Below are positions 62,453-64,000 of a stretch of 64,000 nucleotides of DNA, one piece after another. The stretch is from an uncultured Methanosarcinaceae archaeon (lineage in GTDB: Archaea > Halobacteriota > Methanosarcinia > Methanosarcinales > Methanosarcinaceae), in the NCBI GenBank assembly GCA_963833425.1, contig CAWHXP010000002.1, positions 64,001 through 128,000 of the forward strand. Direction: 5' to 3'. Position numbers and translations under genes: made by a program. Each line of letters opens with the position of its first letter. Position 1 is the first letter of the stretch. The notes under the pieces are model-generated. The model saw only the letters and a program-made list of their open reading frames with translations, did no database searches and had not been told where the DNA came from.

Positions 62453-63842
62453 TATGTTAGGCAGATCAAACAAATATAAAAAAGGATGGAATAGTTGTAA
62501 AGATTTAACCCAAAAATACATTTATAACCTTTAATTTTGCTTTTTTGATCTATTACTAAAATAGCATCTCTATGCACTATACGATTCCAATTTTCCAACT
62601 TATATTTTGCGGAATTTAGAAGTAGTGTCTTTTTCACTACTACATCTTTTTGATCTGCTGCCAACTTCAATTTTGCCCAATTTCACAAAATTGGCTAGTT
62701 CTACGATTAGAAATTTTACAAAACTGACGACTTCTCCAACGCAAACTTTTCAAGTGATTTCAGAGTAATCGAGGCAAACACAGCTGAAAATATAATAATA
62801 AACAGTGAGCATATTTGTGAGTTGGTTCGTAAATTTTTCATTCGTGAGGGGGATTATTTAGATGCAGATAATATCTATTTTAATTACTGAACAAAAACTT
62901 GAAGCTGAAAAAAGTTGAGACAATCCTTTAAAGAGGTTTGATACTATTTCTTTGATCACCTATGGTTATGGTCTAAAGCCTTTCTATATACTTGGCTTAG
63001 GTAAAAATTTTATAATTTTATTTTCTATTTTTATAATTTTATTTTCTATTATTTATGCAACGAGTCCAAAAATGTATTTTGAGAAGAGAGATAAAATACC
63101 TATCAAATTTAATTGACAAGGGCTTAGAATTTACATACAATCCAATCAAAATGAAGAAAATCTAAGGAGAACCATTTGGATGCTCCGTATTTTAGCATTA
63201 ATAGATCCATCAATGTTGGTTCAGGAATATAGTATGCTGAAGACAGAATACAGGATACCTTGTAAGAATTGATTAGTTGGATCATGCTCGGGATATTCAT
63301 GGCAACTCATACGAAAGTAATGGTAGATCTTAATTTTTGACAAAATATGCACATGTCGAGGAACTAGGGATATAATCAAAAATTATCCGAGCTTGGACCA
63401 TGACATTTTTTTTATATTTTAGGCAGTAACTTTGTGTTTAACCGTGTGCTCTTGGATTAAATTTTGAATAGGAAGTACGGATATAGTCTTATTTAATCTT
63501 TTTTTGCCTATCTTTAGTATGTAATATCCGTTGTATGTATTTTTGCTGAAATGGTTCTATTTTTAATAGAGGTTTTGAGATATATCCAAATAATCTAAAA
63601 TCAAAATCGAATTTATGAGAATTGAGGGCTAACTTTTTTTTGGACTCTAAATACATCTACTTACGCCTTTAATCCCTGAAAAAAAAATCCAATCTATTAT
63701 TTTAAATTGAAAATCGATAGCATTAAAAATTATGAAAACATAATATTTTACTGCGGCAAGTGGATTGAATCTACAGCAAATTTGCAAGACTACCAAATTG
63801 AGACATCAGCTATGGAACTCGAAATTCAACAACCGGCTTTGA

Positions 63843-63871
63843 GCATAGTTTTTTTGTAGTAAAACCACTGA
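63843..63871. repeat. degenerate member of the palindrome family
   Basis: GCATAGTTTTT-TTGTAGT-AAAACCACTGA; good left arm, 7-bp spacer. Confidence 0.45.
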
Positions 63872-64000
63872 ATTCTCTAATTTTTCAGCTGAAAACAATG
63901 TACAAATATTCTATCAATTTTGATCAACTCTGTGCTACTCTCCTTCACCACAAAAACTAAAATTTATCATTTTCATGGGAGTTATAGTAATTTTTTAAGA

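Overview
AT-rich 64-kb segment of a Methanosarcina chromosome (16S rRNA sequence and an MC1 chromatin gene). It runs from tRNA-Thr(GGT) at the left end to a minus-strand 16S-23S-5S operon at the right end. Coding density is low and about half of the recognisable genes are pseudogenes (nonsense codons, homopolymer frameshifts, deletions). Apparently intact genes include an HSL esterase, Hsp20, a BofA-like protein, an ABC-2 permease, MC1, nifB, a HAD hydrolase, modB/modC/mop, an AnfO-like protein, a Hanks Ser/Thr kinase, a KdpD-like sensor with no histidine-kinase domain, and flavodoxin. Mobile DNA includes an IS6 with mirror-image flanks, an IS6 MITE, an IS6 shell carrying a uppS-like passenger gene, an IS1634 remnant and terminase relics. 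The strongest unexplained signal is a dispersed family of about 11 palindromes of 27-28 bp (11-bp arms, 5-6-bp spacer, dif-like geometry). They have interchangeable conserved flanks, bracket small Cys-rich or secreted protein genes like cassettes, and one arm lies exactly at the dinB truncation point. All assignments were made by eye with no searches run; pseudogene and rRNA ends are approximate.
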